Assembly (NCBI GenBank): GCA_934120635.1
Contig: CAKOUR010000001.1
Span: 60,696-124,695, forward strand
Reading direction: 5' to 3'
Length of the DNA stretch: 64,000 nt
Origin: an uncultured Bacilli bacterium
GTDB lineage: Bacteria; Bacillota_I; Bacilli_A; RF39; UBA660
Each line of letters starts with the position of its first letter. Position 1 is the first letter of the stretch. The position numbers were made by a program, and so were the translations under genes. Below the pieces are notes generated by a model that was not told the origin of the DNA, did not search any database, and saw nothing but the letters and a program-made list of their open reading frames with translations. Of the stretch, positions 50,189-59,271 are shown in pieces.

Positions 50189-50512
50189 GTGATATTTTTG
50201 GAAAAAAGAGATTACTTAATTATCCTATATGATTTATATGGAGAACTTTTAAATGATAAGCAACAACAATATTTTGAAGAATATTATTTTAATAATCTTT
50301 CTTTAGGAGAAATCAGTGAAAACTTAAATATCAGTAGAAATGCTGTTCATAAAAGTTTACAAAGTGTAGAAGAAAAATTACAATTTTATGAAGAAAAATT
50401 AAAACTATACAAAAAAAGTAAAATAATTTATGATATAATAGAGAAAGAAAGTAGCCAAGAGGTAAAAAGAGTCTTAAAGGAGATGATCTTAGAAGATGAA
50501 ATATATAGATGA
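50189..50512 (+). CDS. ylxM: YlxM/p13-like putative DNA-binding protein (UPF0122)
   Basis: KRDYLIILYDLYGELLNDKQQQYFEEYYFNNLSLGEISENLNISRNAVHKSL is the sigma-70 region-4-like HTH typical of YlxM, which normally sits between ftsY and ffh. Confidence 0.7.
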   Translation: MIFLEKRDYLIILYDLYGELLNDKQQQYFEEYYFNNLSLGEISENLNISRNAVHKSLQSVEEKLQFYEEKLKLYKKSKIIYDIIEKESSQEVKRVLKEMILEDEIYR

Positions 50513-50690
50513 AAAAGATTTACCAGTAGAAATTAAAAATAATGAATTACCCAAAGATACAGATAAACATTATAAAATGTTTTATGATGAAAAAGTAAGA
50601 ACAAGTGGTGGATTTGTAGATGCCATCTTTTTAGGAGCAATCATTCTCGTTTCTTTTATGTGGGGAATGATTGCTGTAATTTTAAGATAG
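50496..50690 (+). CDS. Small hypothetical protein with C-terminal TM helix
   Basis: 64 aa ending in a hydrophobic helix AIFLGAIILVSFMWGMIAVIL. Overlaps the ylxM 3' end. Confidence 0.3.
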   Translation: MKYIDEKDLPVEIKNNELPKDTDKHYKMFYDEKVRTSGGFVDAIFLGAIILVSFMWGMIAVILR

Positions 50691-50700
50691 GAGGAGAAAG

Positions 50701-51618
50701 ATGTTAGAAAATACAGAAAGTATTATTAGTCGATATGCTGATGAAATGACTTCAGCTACTTATATAACTGATCCTGCAATTGCTCGTGATGAAGAAATTA
50801 AGAATTTAATTTTAGTTTTATTAACACCAGAAAAATCAGCCATTTTAGTAGGTAAACCAGGTATTGGTAAAACAGCTATTGTAGAAGGTCTTGCCTATCG
50901 CATTCAAAAAAGATTAGTACCAAATGTACTACTTGGATTTAGAATATTCAGAGTAAATACAACCGCACTATTAGGTCAAGATGGAGATGAAAATAGAGTA
51001 TTAAAACTTGTTCAAGAATTAAAAAATATGGATCGAGTAATCTTATTCATCGATGAAATTCATACTCTAATCGGTGATGGAAGACTAGATTTAGCCAATA
51101 TGTTCAAAGAAGGATTAAGTAGAGGAACAATTAAAATTATTGGAGCGACAACAACTTACGAATATGAACACTTTATCCTAAGAGATAAAGCCTTTATGAG
51201 AAGATTTGATAAAGTCGATGTAAGTGAACCAACAGGAGAACAATGTGTTCAAATTTTAATGAGAACTTTACCTAAAATTGAATATCAAACTCATGTGAAA
51301 TTAGCCTATACAGAATTCCAAAAAGAAAACATCATGAAATTTATTGTTGATATGACTAGTGAATATAAAAGAGTATACGAAATCTCATCAAGATATCCAG
51401 ATATTGCTCTAGTTTTATTAAGGCAAGCCTTTTCTAATGCTGTTTACGAAAATAGAAGTACAGTAGGATTTAAAAATATTTATGATGCCATAAGATTTAC
51501 AAAGGCAGTATATCCTGATGTAATCAAAAAAGAATTAGTAAAATTTAAAGAAATATTTAAAGAAGAATTAGCTTTAGAAGGAGTGACAGTTAATCCAGAA
51601 AATTATCTTGCCAATTAG
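50701..51618 (+). CDS. Stand-alone AAA+ ATPase homologous to the D1 nucleotide-binding domain of ClpA/ClpB/ClpC
   Basis: ARDEEIKNLILVLLTPEKSAILVGKPGIGKTAIVEGLAYRI (Walker A and Clp D1 signature), ILFIDEIHTLIGDG (Walker B), sensor/arginine-finger region GATTTYEYEHFILRDKAFMRRFDKVDVSEP. 305 aa, with no N-domain, middle domain or D2. Confidence 0.65.
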   Translation: MLENTESIISRYADEMTSATYITDPAIARDEEIKNLILVLLTPEKSAILVGKPGIGKTAIVEGLAYRIQKRLVPNVLLGFRIFRVNTTALLGQDGDENRVLKLVQELKNMDRVILFIDEIHTLIGDGRLDLANMFKEGLSRGTIKIIGATTTYEYEHFILRDKAFMRRFDKVDVSEPTGEQCVQILMRTLPKIEYQTHVKLAYTEFQKENIMKFIVDMTSEYKRVYEISSRYPDIALVLLRQAFSNAVYENRSTVGFKNIYDAIRFTKAVYPDVIKKELVKFKEIFKEELALEGVTVNPENYLAN

Positions 51619-51679
51619 TTAACTTTATTGCAAAGTAGGTAAATATTTAGTATCCTTAAATTAACAGTAAAGGAGTGTT

Positions 51680-52177
51680 ATGATGCAAGAGTCAACAATA
51701 ACGAAAGAAAAATATAAATTAAAAAAAGATATTATTAAAATTGCTTTGGGAGCAGGAATAGTATCAACATTAACATTAGCAGGAATTAAAGGAATAAATG
51801 ATTTTTATATGCATAGATTAGGCGCTAAACAAGCTTATAATAAAATGATAGAGGAAGGAAATATTCCTAAAAAACTAGATATAACCTACATTGATGAAGC
51901 AAATTCTTGGACAGTTATTTATCAAGATGAAGAAGGAAAAAGAGTAGAAAGAAGTGATGTGGATATTCATGACTTTTTACATGATATATACATATCTTCT
52001 CTAGATAATGGCGTAAATACTAAAGAACTTGCTACTAGTTTGTCCTATGCTGGAGTAATGGACTCTTTACTTGAAAAAGTGATGAATATAACCTCAGAAG
52101 AAATAGAGTCATGTGAGTTAGAAAATTATTATGCTAAAATCAACGAAAAAGAAGAAAGAAGGCTAAAAAATAAATGA
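51680..52177 (+). CDS. Hypothetical membrane-anchored protein
   Basis: One TM helix IIKIALGAGIVSTLTLAGI. No known motif. Confidence 0.4.
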   Translation: MMQESTITKEKYKLKKDIIKIALGAGIVSTLTLAGIKGINDFYMHRLGAKQAYNKMIEEGNIPKKLDITYIDEANSWTVIYQDEEGKRVERSDVDIHDFLHDIYISSLDNGVNTKELATSLSYAGVMDSLLEKVMNITSEEIESCELENYYAKINEKEERRLKNK

Positions 52178-52419
52178 GCAAAGAATTAAAGATAATTGAA
52201 TATAACCAAAAAAAATATTTTTTAGTCGATACTATAAAAAATACTGATAAAGAATATTATTATTTTTCCAATTTATTAGATAATAAAGATATTATGATTA
52301 TGTCATTAGAAGAAAATGATTTATTAGAACTTATAGAAGATAAAGAAGAATTAACAAATATCCTTGCCTTATTTTATGATAAATATAGAAATATCAATAA
52401 TCAGGAACAAGTCAATTAG
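52174..52419 (+). CDS. Small acidic DUF1292-like protein
   Basis: IIEYNQKKYFLVDTI...MIMSLEENDLLELIEDKEELTNILALF follows the DUF1292 pattern (IxxY..kEY.LL......DEEEL..I.D.EE...V...F). Confidence 0.45.
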   Translation: MSKELKIIEYNQKKYFLVDTIKNTDKEYYYFSNLLDNKDIMIMSLEENDLLELIEDKEELTNILALFYDKYRNINNQEQVN

Positions 52420-52479
52420 GACTTATTCCTGATTATATTAAAAAAAGAACTAAAAAATAAAAAAAAACAATTAAATCAC

Positions 52480-52509
52480 TTGACAAAGTATAGGTTGAAA
52501 TGGTATATT
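52480..52509 (+). promoter_or_regulatory. Promoter TTGACA-17/18-(G)TATATT for the tRNA cluster
   Basis: TTGACA at 52480-52485 and TATATT at 52504-52509. The flanking sequence (aatcacttgac) resembles the tRNA-Asn promoter context (aatcacttgat). Confidence 0.45.
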
Positions 52510-52536
52510 ATTAACTGTCAATTGGTTACGGGTGAC

Positions 52537-52613
52537 GGGCGATTAGCTCAGTTGGTTAGAGCACCTGCCTTACAAGCAGGGGGTCATAGGTTCGAGTCCT
52601 ATATCGCCCACCA
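52537..52613 (+). tRNA. tRNA-Val (anticodon TAC)
   Basis: Acceptor GGGCGAT/ATCGCCC, anticodon stem CCTGC/GCAGG with loop CTTACAA, T-arm GGTTCGAGTCC, CCA encoded. Confidence 0.85.
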
Positions 52614-52622
52614 TTTATTTTT

Positions 52623-52698
<76 letters not shown>

Positions 52699-52705
52699 CT
52701 CATTT

Positions 52706-52789
52706 GGAAGGGTAGCGAAGTGGCTAAACGCGGCAGACTGTAAATCTGTTCCTTCGGGTTCGATGGTTCGAATCCATCCCCTTCCACCA
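52706..52789 (+). tRNA. tRNA-Tyr (anticodon GTA, long variable arm)
   Basis: Acceptor GGAAGGG/CCCTTCC, anticodon loop CTGTAAA, long variable arm TCCTTCGGG, T-arm GGTTCGAATCC, CCA encoded. Confidence 0.85.
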
Positions 52790-52810
52790 CTCTTTAGATT
52801 TTTTATCTAT

Positions 52811-52885
52811 TGCCCCGTAGCCAAGCGGTAAGGCACCACACTTTGACTGTGGCACTCGTTAGTTCGAATCTAGCCGGGGCAACCA
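52811..52885 (+). tRNA. tRNA-Gln (anticodon TTG)
   Basis: Acceptor TGCCCCG/CGGGGCA (U1-A72), anticodon stem CCACA/TGTGG with loop CTTTGAC, CCA encoded. Confidence 0.8.
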
Positions 52886-52890
52886 ATTAA

Positions 52891-52966
52891 GTTCCGTTAG
52901 CTCAGCCGGTAGAGCATTTGACTTTTAATCAAAGGGTCTGGAGTTCAAATCTCCAACGGGACACCA
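52891..52966 (+). tRNA. tRNA-Lys (anticodon TTT)
   Basis: Acceptor GTTCCGT/ACGGGAC, anticodon stem TTTGA/TCAAA with loop CTTTTAA, T-arm GAGTTCAAATCTC, CCA encoded. Confidence 0.85.
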
Positions 52967-52977
52967 TTTAGAAATTT

Positions 52978-53008
52978 AACTCTTGTAGAAATACAAGAGT
53001 TTTTCTTT
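52978..53008 (+). terminator. Rho-independent terminator after the tRNA cluster
   Basis: aactcttgta gaaa tacaagagtt followed by tttcttt. Confidence 0.6.
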
Positions 53009-53071
53009 ACCATAAACGAAGACATATACGAAATATCATGAAGAAACTATAATATAATGAAAGGAGAGAAA

Positions 53072-54145
53072 ATGAAAGGAATTGATATTAGTTCTTATCA
53101 AGGAACCATTAACTTCAAAAAAATCAAAGAATCAGAGTATCAATTTGTTATAATGAGATTAGGTTTTGGAGATAATATCTTCAGTCAAGATGATCAAAAA
53201 TTACAATATAATTTAGAAAAATGTATAGAGTATGGTATTCCATATGCGTTCTATTTTGTAACATACGCTAAAAATCTTAATGGACAAGAATCAGTAGATA
53301 GCGAAATAGAACATACAAAAAGATTAATTGCTAACACAAATCCATTTTGTATTTTCTATGATATGGAAGTTGATTCTATCAAATATTTAGGGAAAACTAC
53401 TTTAACTAACCAAGCAATAAAATATTGTGATTACTTTAAAAGTAAAGGCTATCAGGTAGGAATTTATGCAAATAAAAATTGGTATACTAATTATTTAAAT
53501 TATGATAAATTAAAAAAACAAAATTATAAAATATGGCTAGCACACTATGGAATAGAAAAACCAAGTTTAGAATGTGATTTATGGCAATATACAGATAAAG
53601 GAAAAGTAGAAGGAATTTATGAAAATACAGTAGATTTAAACATCATGTACAAAAATCTTCTATTAACCACTCCAAATGCATCCACCAATAAACAAATAGA
53701 AGAATTAGTAGAAGAAGTAATAGAAGGAAAATGGGGAAATGGAGAAGAAAGAAAAAATAAATTAACTAAATCTGGCTATCCCTATGAAGAAATCCAAAAA
53801 AAGGTAAATGAAAAACTAAACTCTAATCTTAGAAAAGAAATAGAATACAAGGTCAAAAAAGGAGATACTCTATCAAAAATTGCCTTATTATATCACATCC
53901 CTTTAGAAAATTTAATAAACTATAATCACATAACAAATCCTAATAAAATTTATATTAATCAAATCATAAAGATTCCTCAAACAAAAAATAATTCTAATCC
54001 ATCAAACTACTATATAATAAAAAAAGGAGATACATTATCTAAAATTGCCAAAGAAAATAATACAACAGTAGAAAATTTAATAAAAATAAATCAAATTCAA
54101 AATCCAAATTTAATTTATGTGGGACAAAAACTAAAAATATCTTAG
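53072..54145 (+). CDS. GH25 muramidase (lysozyme) with two C-terminal LysM domains, endolysin-like, with no signal peptide
   Basis: [35 protein letters not shown] is the GH25 catalytic N-terminus. Two LysM repeats [27 protein letters not shown] and [27 protein letters not shown]. The second ATG was chosen for its RBS aaaggagag. Confidence 0.8.
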   Translation: MKGIDISSYQGTINFKKIKESEYQFVIMRLGFGDNIFSQDDQKLQYNLEKCIEYGIPYAFYFVTYAKNLNGQESVDSEIEHTKRLIANTNPFCIFYDMEVDSIKYLGKTTLTNQAIKYCDYFKSKGYQVGIYANKNWYTNYLNYDKLKKQNYKIWLAHYGIEKPSLECDLWQYTDKGKVEGIYENTVDLNIMYKNLLLTTPNASTNKQIEELVEEVIEGKWGNGEERKNKLTKSGYPYEEIQKKVNEKLNSNLRKEIEYKVKKGDTLSKIALLYHIPLENLINYNHITNPNKIYINQIIKIPQTKNNSNPSNYYIIKKGDTLSKIAKENNTTVENLIKINQIQNPNLIYVGQKLKIS

Positions 54146-54167
54146 TAAACAAAGAAGAAATTTGCAC

Positions 54168-54196
54168 TTGACTTATTTGTTACTTTGTAGTAAAAT
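54168..54196 (+). promoter_or_regulatory. Promoter TTGACT-17-TAAAAT
   Basis: TTGACT at 54168-54173 and TAAAAT at 54191-54196. RBS aggggga lies before the ATG at 54223. Confidence 0.5.
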
Positions 54197-54222
54197 ATAA
54201 ACCCAATCAGGGGGAGTTTATT

Positions 54223-54672
54223 ATGGATAAAGAATTAAAAGGAATAGTAGGAGAAATCATTGCATTAATTATTTTAATGATAATAGCAATTCCTATTTGT
54301 GTAAAAGCAAGTAGTGATTATCAAACTAAAAAAGACAAAATGATTATTGGTAACCATGCTAGTGTTGATATTTCAAATCGAGGAGAAATCAAAAAAGTTA
54401 CAGTAAATAGTGATAATAATAAAGATATTTCAGTTTACTTAATTTTAAAAATTAGCAAGTTTGATGATGAATATATTGTATATTTAGATGATCAAATCTT
54501 TGATTTAAAAGATTTAGAATATACAGAAGATAATGATAATTATTATTACAATTTAGGATTATATCCAATAAAAAGAAAAAGAACATTTGATTTTAGAATT
54601 ACAGTAAAAGATAAAAGTTATTATAAAGAAACAATTAGTTATAGCTTTTATACGAAAGGATTGTTTGAGTGA
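54223..54672 (+). CDS. Hypothetical membrane-anchored protein
   Basis: N-terminal TM helix IVGEIIALIILMIIAIPICV. No known motif. Confidence 0.45.
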   Translation: MDKELKGIVGEIIALIILMIIAIPICVKASSDYQTKKDKMIIGNHASVDISNRGEIKKVTVNSDNNKDISVYLILKISKFDDEYIVYLDDQIFDLKDLEYTEDNDNYYYNLGLYPIKRKRTFDFRITVKDKSYYKETISYSFYTKGLFE

Positions 54673-54902
54673 AAGAAGATTATACAAAATATCTATCTTA
54701 TGATAATGGAAATGGTATATTGATTAGTTCATATGATAAATTAATATTAGATCGTTACAAAATTCCTTACAAAGATTTAAAATCATTAACAGATTTAATA
54801 TTAAGAGTAGAAAAATACTTAGAAGAATATGATGATGAAGAGTTAGAAAATGTATTAGAACATTTAAGTGAAGTACATTATTATCATGAAACAAATAAAT
54901 AA
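54669..54902 (+). CDS. Small hypothetical protein
   Basis: 77 aa, acidic. Overlaps the upstream gene by 4 nt. Confidence 0.4.
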   Translation: MKEDYTKYLSYDNGNGILISSYDKLILDRYKIPYKDLKSLTDLILRVEKYLEEYDDEELENVLEHLSEVHYYHETNK

Positions 54903-54915
54903 AGAAGAAACTATT

Positions 54916-56601
54916 TTAATTTTTAGTTTCTTCTTTTTCATTAATATTCATAATAATAGGTAAAATAATGGGAACTCTACCAGTTTTATCAGCAAGGAAA
55001 GGCATAAGACCATTAATAAGTTCAGATTTAATATCAGCATAATTAACGTTTTTAGTCTTTAATTTTTTTTCTATAATTATACCTGCATTTTTTTCAATTT
55101 GCTTAATTAACATTTCATTTTCATTAACTAGAATATATCCTCTAGTAGTAATCATGGGTTTAGCTAATAATTTTTTATTTGCCAAATCAATATTAGCAAT
55201 AATGACAAGAATTCCATTAGAAGACATTAACTTACGATCTTTAATGACTAGGTTTCCAACATCCCCAATTCTAGAACCATCAACATAAATATCATCAGCA
55301 GGAACATGACCTTCTTTATAAACTTTATCTTTGGTAATATTAATAACATCACCGTTATTTAAAATAAAAGTATTTTCTTTTGGAATATCACAAGTAGTAG
55401 CTAAATCGCAATGAGTCTTTAACATACGATATTCTCCATGATAAGGAGCAAAATATTCTGGTTTAAACAAACGAATCATTAATTTTAATTCGTTTTGACA
55501 GCCATGTCCAGACGAATGAATTTCTGTAGTTCCATTTGTATAAACTTTAACTCCCTTTAAATAAAGTTTGTTAATTGTTTTGGCAACACTAGCAGCATTT
55601 CCAGGAATAGGAGAGGAAGAGAAAATAACAATATCATTAGGTGTTAATTTAATTTGTTTATGACTTCCGTTAGCAATTCTAGATAAAGCTGCTAAAGGCT
55701 CTCCTTGACTTCCTGTACAAAGTAAGCATACTTGAGAAGGTTTTAAACGATTAGCTTCTTCCGGAGTAATAATAATTTTTCTATCTTTGATATAACCACA
55801 TTTAATTGCAATATCAATAGAAGTATCCATACTTCTTCCAAATAAAGCAACCTTTCTTTTATTCTGACGACAAATCTCAATAATATGTTTAAGACGATAA
55901 ATATTAGAAGCAAAAGTTGCTAAAATAATTCTATTTTCTTTTTCATTAGAAAAAATTTCTCTTAAGTTTTCATCAACAACAGATTCACTTAATGATGTTC
56001 CAGGAATTGTAGCGTTAGTAGAATCACTCATTAATAATCGAACTCCAGTTTCACCAATTCTAGCCATTTTATGAATATTGGACATAGGACCAATAGGGGT
56101 CAAGTCTATTTTAAAATCTCCGGTCATTACAATTGTACCATTTGGGGTATGAATCGCAATTCCATGAGAATCAGGTATTGAGTGAGTAGTTCTAAAAAAT
56201 TCTATATTAAAGTATTTTGTTTTAATTTTAGTATTTTCATTATAAATAATTAAGTTTTTATATTTAATATTTTTTTCTTCTAATTTTTTATCAATTAAAG
56301 CCTTAGCTTGAGCAGGGGCATAAATTTTTGGAATATTAACACTTTGCAATAAAAAAGGAATACTTCCAATATGGTCTTCATGACCATGCGTAATAAGTAG
56401 TGCTTTAATTTTATTTTCGTTTAATTTTAAATAAGTATAATCTGGAATAACATAATCAATTCCAAGTAAATCATCTTCTGGAAACATAACTCCAGAATCA
56501 ACAATTATAATTTCATCTTTATTTTGTACACAGTACATATTTTTCCCAACTTCGCCTAGTCCACCTAGGGCAAAAACTTTGGTAATATTTTCTTCTTTCA
56601 T
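54916..56601 (-). CDS. rnj: Ribonuclease J (MBL/beta-CASP)
   Basis: N-terminal KVFALGGLGEVGKNMY, MBL motif HGHEDHIG, then the beta-CASP and C-terminal domains. 561 aa. Confidence 0.9.
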   Translation of the reverse strand: MKEENITKVFALGGLGEVGKNMYCVQNKDEIIIVDSGVMFPEDDLLGIDYVIPDYTYLKLNENKIKALLITHGHEDHIGSIPFLLQSVNIPKIYAPAQAKALIDKKLEEKNIKYKNLIIYNENTKIKTKYFNIEFFRTTHSIPDSHGIAIHTPNGTIVMTGDFKIDLTPIGPMSNIHKMARIGETGVRLLMSDSTNATIPGTSLSESVVDENLREIFSNEKENRIILATFASNIYRLKHIIEICRQNKRKVALFGRSMDTSIDIAIKCGYIKDRKIIITPEEANRLKPSQVCLLCTGSQGEPLAALSRIANGSHKQIKLTPNDIVIFSSSPIPGNAASVAKTINKLYLKGVKVYTNGTTEIHSSGHGCQNELKLMIRLFKPEYFAPYHGEYRMLKTHCDLATTCDIPKENTFILNNGDVINITKDKVYKEGHVPADDIYVDGSRIGDVGNLVIKDRKLMSSNGILVIIANIDLANKKLLAKPMITTRGYILVNENEMLIKQIEKNAGIIIEKKLKTKNVNYADIKSELINGLMPFLADKTGRVPIILPIIMNINEKEETKN

Positions 56602-56710
56602 TTTACTTCCTTTCTTTATATTTTAAAACCGTTCACAAAATAAAATAATATAAAATTTAATAAAAGTCTTCTCACCAATATTTAGAATTATACTATAATT
56701 TATATTTTTT

Positions 56711-56728
56711 TTCAAGTAGCTACTTGAA
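56711..56728. promoter_or_regulatory. Perfect 18-bp palindrome TTCAAGTAGCTACTTGAA overlapping the -35 boxes of two divergent promoters (rnj and the downstream + gene)
   Basis: + strand: TTGAAA at 56724-56729, a 17-nt spacer and TATAAT at 56747-56752. - strand: TTGAAA (complement of 56710-56715), a 17-nt spacer and TATAAT (complement of 56687-56692). Confidence 0.45.
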
Positions 56729-56780
56729 ATTTATATTCTTCTATATTATAATTGGAATATAGTAGAAAGAGGTGTTCAAT

Positions 56781-57935
56781 ATGAAACTAGAAGGAGCAAA
56801 CGCTTTTAGCGAAAACAATTTATTTACCATTTATACTGTAAATAGTATGACTAGTGGGGAATATGCGGTTGTAATGCCTAAAGAAGTAATGGGTACGGTA
56901 AATATGTTAATTGATTTCCATCAAAAAAGTTTTTTTGATAACTTAATATCAGGAAGTAAAACTAAAGATGATTTAATGAAAGTATTAGAAGGAGAATATA
57001 ATTTTATTAAAAATACTTATGCAAACTTTATGCTAGTGTTACCAATGTTTGATGAGAATAGCTATATCAGTATTGTTAATTCTAAAGACAAACAAAAAAT
57101 GTTTGATGAAGTAAAAAAAATAGGAGCAATTACTAGTGAAGTATATAAAAAAGTAACAGAAAGTGGATTTAATGCTCAAAACATTGATCAAAAGATAATT
57201 GTTTTAGAAAAAACAAGCGAAGACACTTCTTTTGTAGAATGGTTAAAAGAACAAATGCCTAACTTTGTAGAAGGATTAAAGTATCAAGAAGAAAAGAAAG
57301 AAGAAATAAATCCATTTATGGGAGTAAATCCTTTTGGCCCAACACCAGCAGAAAATCAACAAACAACTGTATCACCAACAAGTGGAAATAGTATTTTTGA
57401 TACTCCAGTAACTCCTCAGCCAGCAGTACAAACAGAGCCAGTAGTAACTCCAACAGTAGAAGCAACACCAAATAATGATATTTTTGGAACAAGTGCTCCA
57501 CAAACATCATCACCAGTGCAACAACCATCTAACGAAACTCCGGTAGAAAATACAAACTCTATTTTTGAAAATCCTACTCCAACACAAACAACAGTAGAGC
57601 CAACTCAACAAGTTCAAAGTACTATGCCAAATATTGGTTTTTCTACGCCTGTAGAGAATGTTACAACTAAAGTAGCAGACCCACAGCCAATAAATACAGT
57701 AGATTTAGAAGGAACAACTGCATTTAGACCAATTCCTGGAGATACAACGCAAATTCAAAATCCTAATCCAACAACAGCAACACCAGTAGAGGCAAAGAGT
57801 ATTGAAGAGGTACAAGAAGAACATAAATCTAGTAAAGGAATTGCTAATTTATTAATATTACTTGTCATCTTAGTAGGCGTAACTTTAGCCAGTATTGAAT
57901 TAGGAAAATTTTTATATAATGTTTACGGAAAATAG
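56781..57935 (+). CDS. Hypothetical C-tail-anchored protein: N-terminal globular domain, long Pro/Thr/Gln-rich linker with IF(D/E)xP repeats, single C-terminal TM helix
   Basis: ATG at 56781 has RBS agaggtg. Linker ...NSIFDTPVTPQPAVQTEPVVTPTVEATPNNDIFGTSAPQTSSP...NSIFENPTPTQTT... C-terminal TM IANLLILLVILVGVTLASI. Confidence 0.5.
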   Translation: MKLEGANAFSENNLFTIYTVNSMTSGEYAVVMPKEVMGTVNMLIDFHQKSFFDNLISGSKTKDDLMKVLEGEYNFIKNTYANFMLVLPMFDENSYISIVNSKDKQKMFDEVKKIGAITSEVYKKVTESGFNAQNIDQKIIVLEKTSEDTSFVEWLKEQMPNFVEGLKYQEEKKEEINPFMGVNPFGPTPAENQQTTVSPTSGNSIFDTPVTPQPAVQTEPVVTPTVEATPNNDIFGTSAPQTSSPVQQPSNETPVENTNSIFENPTPTQTTVEPTQQVQSTMPNIGFSTPVENVTTKVADPQPINTVDLEGTTAFRPIPGDTTQIQNPNPTTATPVEAKSIEEVQEEHKSSKGIANLLILLVILVGVTLASIELGKFLYNVYGK

Positions 57936-58000
57936 AAAAATCTATTTTCTTTTTATTAACTTCAAGATAATTTTTATGTGAAAAAAAGTGAAAAAATATA

Positions 58001-58029
58001 TTGCATTTTTATTTTATTTTTGATATACT
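58001..58029 (+). promoter_or_regulatory. Promoter TTGCAT-17-(TGa)TATACT for the second SipW-cognate-signal gene
   Basis: TTGCAT at 58001-58006 and tgaTATACT at 58021-58029. It matches the 9186-9214 promoter in both hexamers, the spacer length and its T-rich spacer. Confidence 0.5.
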
Positions 58030-58056
58030 CGTTATAGTAAGGAGGAAAGATAAAAG

Positions 58057-59181
58057 ATGAAAGAACAAAAAAATAATGGAAGGGGAATATTTTACGGTGT
58101 AATTGGTGTTGCAACTTTAGTTGTTGCTATCATTGGTGCAACATTTGCATACTTTACTGCAACTGCTACAAATTCCACAAATATCACTGGTAACATGGCT
58201 ACTGTTAGTTTTGGACTAGATGTTCGTAAAGTAACAAAAGCTGATGAGACTAAGGGTGGTATGATACCAATGTCAAATACAATGGTAGAAGCTGCAATAA
58301 ATGGAACAACTCCTGATACGCCAAAGAAAGATACAGATAGCGCGCAACAAATTTGTGTAGATGATAACGGAAACGCCGTTTGTCAAATATACAAAATTGC
58401 TGTTAGTAATAATGGTACTGCTGGTATGTTCCTAGATGGATATGTTTCATTAACTGGTGGTTCTAATGCAACAGCTAGTAAAATACCAGAAGATACTACA
58501 GCAGATATGTGGACAAAACTTCAAGAAGCAGATACTAAAACAACTATGCGTTGGGCTCAAGTTTTCTGTACTGGTACTGATAATCAATTAACAAGTTGTA
58601 CAACTAAAGGAAAATCAACAACTAGAGCAACTGGAGATAAAGGAATCTCTACTGATTGGGATGTTCTTGGAATGAATACAGCTACTGATGCAGCAAATAC
58701 AGGTTCTATTGGATTTGCAAGATCACAAATTAAAACATCTGGAATTACAGCTGATGGAACTATTTCTGGTAATACATATCCTATCGTTAATACAAACTTT
58801 ATTAGAATTAGTGATCATAAGTCAGTAGCAACTGGTGATGATGCTTCTACAGATAGATATACAAGAACTGATGATATGACATCTGCATTAGTATTTAACC
58901 AAAGAATTGACCCTAAAGGAACTGGTACTCCAGTAGATGCAACTGCAGCTAATAGTGATAGTACAATGACATATACAGATAGTCAAGTATATTATATTGT
59001 TGTATGGTTAGCTGAAACTGGTAAAAACCAAACAGCTGGTAACGCTGATGTAACTACAGGTGCTGCTGATGGAACTGGTTTAAGTTTCTTTAAAGGAACT
59101 GTTGCATTTAGTTCTGCACAAGGTAGTGAGGTTACTGCTACATTCTCTGGATACACTGCTGTTAAATCAGATAAGGCTTAA
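58057..59181 (+). CDS. Secreted Thr-rich protein with SipW-cognate (TasA/camelysin-class) signal peptide, paralog 2
   Basis: RGIFYGVIGVATLVVAIIGATFAYFTATATNSTNITGNMATVSFGLDV, the conserved Cys pair ICVDDNGNAVCQIYKIAV, and the conserved C-terminus QVYYIVVWLAETGKNQTAGN...FKGTVAFSSAQGSEVTATF. RBS aaggagga. Confidence 0.6.
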   Translation: MKEQKNNGRGIFYGVIGVATLVVAIIGATFAYFTATATNSTNITGNMATVSFGLDVRKVTKADETKGGMIPMSNTMVEAAINGTTPDTPKKDTDSAQQICVDDNGNAVCQIYKIAVSNNGTAGMFLDGYVSLTGGSNATASKIPEDTTADMWTKLQEADTKTTMRWAQVFCTGTDNQLTSCTTKGKSTTRATGDKGISTDWDVLGMNTATDAANTGSIGFARSQIKTSGITADGTISGNTYPIVNTNFIRISDHKSVATGDDASTDRYTRTDDMTSALVFNQRIDPKGTGTPVDATAANSDSTMTYTDSQVYYIVVWLAETGKNQTAGNADVTTGAADGTGLSFFKGTVAFSSAQGSEVTATFSGYTAVKSDKA

Positions 59182-59201
59182 TTCAGAATATATAAAATTA
59201 G

Positions 59202-59230
59202 AAGCAATAGTAATATTGCTTTTTTTTTTG
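59202..59230 (+). terminator. Rho-independent terminator
   Basis: aagcaata gtaa tattgctt followed by ttttttttt. Confidence 0.6.
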
Positions 59231-59271
59231 CAATTTGGTAAAATATTTATAGAGAATAAGGGTGATATATT

